From positions 1 to 64,000 of the forward strand of contig NZ_MWQY01000004.1 in NCBI RefSeq assembly GCF_002087085.1: a DNA stretch of 64,000 nt, given 5' to 3'. Of the stretch, positions 60,531 to 64,000 are shown one piece after another. Position numbers and translations under genes: made by a program. How positions within the stretch are numbered: the first letter of the stretch is position 1; the number at the start of each line of letters is the position of its first letter. The notes below the pieces were generated by a model. The model saw only the letters and a list, made by a program, of their open reading frames with translations, had not been told where the DNA came from and did not search any database.

Positions 60531-62894
60531 TTAACCGAAGGAAGACTGTTCCGTGCGCTGGATAATATCCTCCTGCAGGATCCGGTCTATGGAGACAAAA
60601 TAGACGCTGAATCCGGCGACCCGCACCACCAGATCGCCATACTCCTCCGGAGACTTCTGCGCCGCCCGCAGTACGTCCGCACTGACCACATTGAACTGAA
60701 CATGCTGACCCTTCATGGTGAAATAGCTTTCGATAAGCGTTATGAGATGCTGAATACCTTCGGCTGTCTCCAAAAGTGAAGGATTGAGCTTTATGTTCAA
60801 AAGGGTTCCGTTGGGGACTTTGAAGTGATCGATCTTCGCCACGGAACAGGCTATCGCCGTGGGGCCCAGCCTGTCCCTGCCCTGGGCTGGTGAGCAGCCG
60901 CCGTCGGCCAGAAGGGTCTCCATCTTTCTGCCGTCGGGGGTAGCACCCAGGGAGTTCACAAACAGGGCGTGGGCGGAGATGCTCTGGAGTCCCACAAAGA
61001 AGCAGCCCCCCCGGACATTTTTCCGTCTACGAAAGCGCTTATCAAGGAATAGTGTTATATCCCGAGCGAAGGAATCCACTTCGTCATTGTCGTTTCCGTA
61101 TTTCGGATAGTTTTTCAGAAAACGCTGACGCAGGACTTCGTTTCCATCATAATTATCCCGAAGAATTGTACGCAGGCTGCCGTAGGATACTTTTTTCTCT
61201 TTAAAGACCGCCTCTTTCAGTACCATAAGCGCGTCGGCAACGTTCGCCAGGGCTACTACATTGGGAGAGGAAAAGTTATACCGGGCACCGCCTCTGCGAA
61301 CATCCGTACCGGATTCCAGGCAATCATCTACAAAACAGGAACAGAAGGGCGTGGGAACATACCTGCCCTGCACGGAATCTATGCAGTTTATGGCATCCGC
61401 CATGAGATCGCAAAAATATCCCAGCTGGGTCAAGTAAGCTTCGTGGAAATCCGCGAAGTTGTCGAAATCCTTCCCGGTCTGAACCCCTATGCGGTTTCCG
61501 GTCAAGGGATTCGTACCATTGTTAAGGGTCAATTCCAGAACCTTGCTCAGGTTCATGAACCCCGAGGGATAATACCCCTCTGTGGTTCCCGCGGTCTGGG
61601 GCTCGACACAGCCCACCTCGGCATAATTCCGCGCTTCATCGAAGCTGTATCCCATATCGAGCATCATGGGTATGATTACTTCGTCGTTAAAGAAGGCGGG
61701 CATCCCGAAACCGCCCTTTACCACCGATGCCGCCTCCGTCATAAAACGACGGGGTGTCCCGGCATGCCAGCGAACGGAAAAGGAGGGCTGGGGAAGCTTC
61801 AAATCCCGGGTAACCTCCATGCACAGGTAGGAGAGCTCGTTGGAGGCATCCCTGCCGTATTCGTCTACCCCGCCAACGATGAGGTTCTGAAAGAGGGGGT
61901 AACCGCCGAAGGCCTTTGAGCCCGTCAGATCCCGCAGCTTGATAAGCTCGTTCATCTTTATCCAGAGGTTCTCCAGCAGCTCCCGCGCACGATCCCGGGT
62001 AAGAAGACCGGCGTCAAGGTCCCTCCGATACCAGGGATACATATACTGGTCAAACCTTCCGGGAGAAATACTGTGTCCGTTCGATTCGATCTGCAGAACG
62101 AGATGAACAAACCAGAAGGACTGCAGGGCTTCATGAAAGGTTCTGGCGGGCTCATCCGGAATCCTGGAACAAATCTCAGCTATTCCCGAGAGCTCCTTCC
62201 GGCGCTCAGGATCCGTCTCTTCTGCCGCAAGCTTCTGTGCATAGCTGCTGCATCGCCGGGCAAAGCGGATAAGGGCCTCACAGACGATCCGTAGCGCCCG
62301 GTAGAAATTCCTCTTTTCGATTGCTTCCTGTGAGTCCGTGATCAGGGCAGCTTCGAGGCGGGAAGAATCATCGATGATCCTGCGCAGACCGTAACGGATG
62401 CAGCGTTCGTAATCGACGGCGATATGTCCGACGCCGCTGGACAGGGAGGTCAGAATAAAGACCAGCTCCCGGTTGGCGGATTCGATTTCCTGCGGCAGCA
62501 ACTGCAACACCCTGTCCTGAACACACCTGCCCTCCCACCAGGGAAGAATATTCCGCAGACTCCCTTTGACGCTTTCATCGATGGTGAAAATATCCGAATC
62601 CCGCTTTTCAAAATCATCAAGCTCTTTCAGGATCCAGCGGGTTGAGAATTCCGGAAAAACCTCGGCACAGCGGGGCCGGGGCGCCTGGTTCCCGGCCAGG
62701 AGATCGTTTTCAAGAATATAGAGGGTTTTATTGTCAAGGATATCCTCCAGAGCCCTGGCACGCAGAATCAGGGGGTCCTCATGTCCATATTTCTTATAGG
62801 AACGGGTTACAATCTCCGCCCGTTCGGCGGAGATGGAAGGTGTGCAGCTGACTACCTGATCCTTCAGAGACTGACCACGCTTACTGATTCCCAT
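60531..62894 (-). CDS. glycyl radical enzyme, diol-dehydratase-like eliminase class
   Basis: Cys loop GCVEP, Gly loop RVAGF, QIESNGHS. Confidence 0.93.
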   Translation of the reverse strand: MGISKRGQSLKDQVVSCTPSISAERAEIVTRSYKKYGHEDPLILRARALEDILDNKTLYILENDLLAGNQAPRPRCAEVFPEFSTRWILKELDDFEKRDSDIFTIDESVKGSLRNILPWWEGRCVQDRVLQLLPQEIESANRELVFILTSLSSGVGHIAVDYERCIRYGLRRIIDDSSRLEAALITDSQEAIEKRNFYRALRIVCEALIRFARRCSSYAQKLAAEETDPERRKELSGIAEICSRIPDEPARTFHEALQSFWFVHLVLQIESNGHSISPGRFDQYMYPWYRRDLDAGLLTRDRARELLENLWIKMNELIKLRDLTGSKAFGGYPLFQNLIVGGVDEYGRDASNELSYLCMEVTRDLKLPQPSFSVRWHAGTPRRFMTEAASVVKGGFGMPAFFNDEVIIPMMLDMGYSFDEARNYAEVGCVEPQTAGTTEGYYPSGFMNLSKVLELTLNNGTNPLTGNRIGVQTGKDFDNFADFHEAYLTQLGYFCDLMADAINCIDSVQGRYVPTPFCSCFVDDCLESGTDVRRGGARYNFSSPNVVALANVADALMVLKEAVFKEKKVSYGSLRTILRDNYDGNEVLRQRFLKNYPKYGNDNDEVDSFARDITLFLDKRFRRRKNVRGGCFFVGLQSISAHALFVNSLGATPDGRKMETLLADGGCSPAQGRDRLGPTAIACSVAKIDHFKVPNGTLLNIKLNPSLLETAEGIQHLITLIESYFTMKGQHVQFNVVSADVLRAAQKSPEEYGDLVVRVAGFSVYFVSIDRILQEDIIQRTEQSSFG

Positions 62895-62904
62895 ACGGCT
62901 CCTC

Positions 62905-63819
62905 CTAACCTCTCAGGATTACCCTGACTCCCTTTTCTTCCACGATTCTCCTGGCCTCTTCTATCTCTCCGTCAGTGAGCCGGGGAACATCCTCGATCGC
63001 ATACGGCATGGAAAGCCGGTCATACTTGGACCTCCCAAGACGGTGATAGGGAAGCAGATGAATATCGGAAATGTGATTTTGGCGGGCAAAATCAGAGATC
63101 CCCTCCAGGGTATGCCTGTCGTTGTTGAATCCCGGAATAAGGGGGACCCGTATGATAATCTTTGAGTGCCTGTCGCTGAGGTGCGCGAAGTTCTCCAGAA
63201 TCAGGCCTGTATCCACTCCGGTAAACCGTGCATGCTTTTCGCCGTCCAGATGCTTGATATCGAAGAGAAACAGATCGCTTACCTCGGCCAGCCTGTCCAG
63301 GTCTTCACCACGGCCGTATCCGCAGGTTTCCACGGCCGTTGAATACCCCAGTTTTTTGCACTCCCTCAGGATCGCGCTGCTGAACTCCGGTTGCGACAGG
63401 GGCTCTCCTCCGGAAAGCGTAACGCCGCCGCCGGATTTTCTGTAGAAGAGTTCGTCCCTTCTCACCCGGTCGACAACTTCCACAACCCGCATCTTCCTGC
63501 CGAAGCGTTCGATGGCACCGGTGGGGCATGCATCGGCGCAGGGCTGATCCGGACATTCGGCACATACTTTTACCGCGAAGCGTCGTTGCCCCTGTTCATC
63601 AACAGAAACAGCATCAAAGGGGCAGGCCTCCATGCAGATGTTACAGGAAATGCACTTCTGCCGGTCATAGCCGATCTGCGGATAGACTGCCTGGGATTCA
63701 GGATTACAGCACCACAGGCAGGAAAGAGGACAGCCCTTCAGGAAAACCAGGGTCCGTATTCCGGGACCATCATGTAGAGAAAATCGCTGTATGTCGAAAA
63801 CCATCCCCGCAGGTTCCAT
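62905..63819 (-). CDS. glycyl radical enzyme activating enzyme (radical SAM with ferredoxin insert)
   Basis: HDGPGIRT..F.KGCPL.C.WC.NPE, extra CxxCxxC clusters, SGGEP. Confidence 0.95.
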   Translation of the reverse strand: MEPAGMVFDIQRFSLHDGPGIRTLVFLKGCPLSCLWCCNPESQAVYPQIGYDRQKCISCNICMEACPFDAVSVDEQGQRRFAVKVCAECPDQPCADACPTGAIERFGRKMRVVEVVDRVRRDELFYRKSGGGVTLSGGEPLSQPEFSSAILRECKKLGYSTAVETCGYGRGEDLDRLAEVSDLFLFDIKHLDGEKHARFTGVDTGLILENFAHLSDRHSKIIIRVPLIPGFNNDRHTLEGISDFARQNHISDIHLLPYHRLGRSKYDRLSMPYAIEDVPRLTDGEIEEARRIVEEKGVRVILRG

Positions 63820-63850
63820 AATCCATCCGGTATTAGTCTGTTATCGTATT

Positions 63851-63906
63851 GCAAACGTTTGCCATACTCCTTCTCCCAGCTTAGCAAACGTTTGCAGAGC
63901 TGTCAA
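63851..63906 (-). promoter_or_regulatory. operon promoter with two LacI-type operators
   Basis: TTGACA (63906-63901)-17-TAAGCT (63883-63878); GCAAACGTTTGC at 63851-63862 and 63884-63895. Confidence 0.85.
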
Positions 63907-64000
63907 ATTTTACCTTCTAATTTTTCTGCAAATCATCCCAGGGGGGATGACAGGCTGGTCGAAAGCGGTGTTCACTGTATTCATGGCGCTGGATAAACGT

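Overview
The window has two parts. Bases 1-4070 hold a chromosomal integron: an integron integrase (+ strand, 2826-4070), an attI at ~2671-2710, and three minus-strand cassettes bounded by unusually long 171-bp attC sites. The cassettes are (1) an ORF-less cassette with a repetitive, hairpin-rich, ncRNA-like interior, (2) a BrnT/BrnA-like toxin-antitoxin pair with its own promoter, and (3) a coupled pair of a TPR-like protein and a PD-(D/E)xK nuclease-like protein. The array runs off the left edge. The rest is GC-richer, ordinary-looking chromosome, probably of an anaerobic bacterium (Spirochaetaceae is my impression, not a tested assignment). It carries two-component genes, K+/Mg2+ transport, a Gld-like ABC system, chemoreceptors, a minimal SufCB pair, ftsH, repair genes, an SNF2 helicase and glgX. 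It ends in a LacI-controlled cluster of a glycyl radical enzyme, TRAP transporter, aldo-keto reductase and LarA-family enzyme of unknown substrate. Two candidate small RNAs lie between convergent genes (~47.2 kb and ~52.8 kb). A GAACAAT-N8-ATTGTTC palindrome recurs around the integron. Product calls come from motif recognition only; no searches were run.
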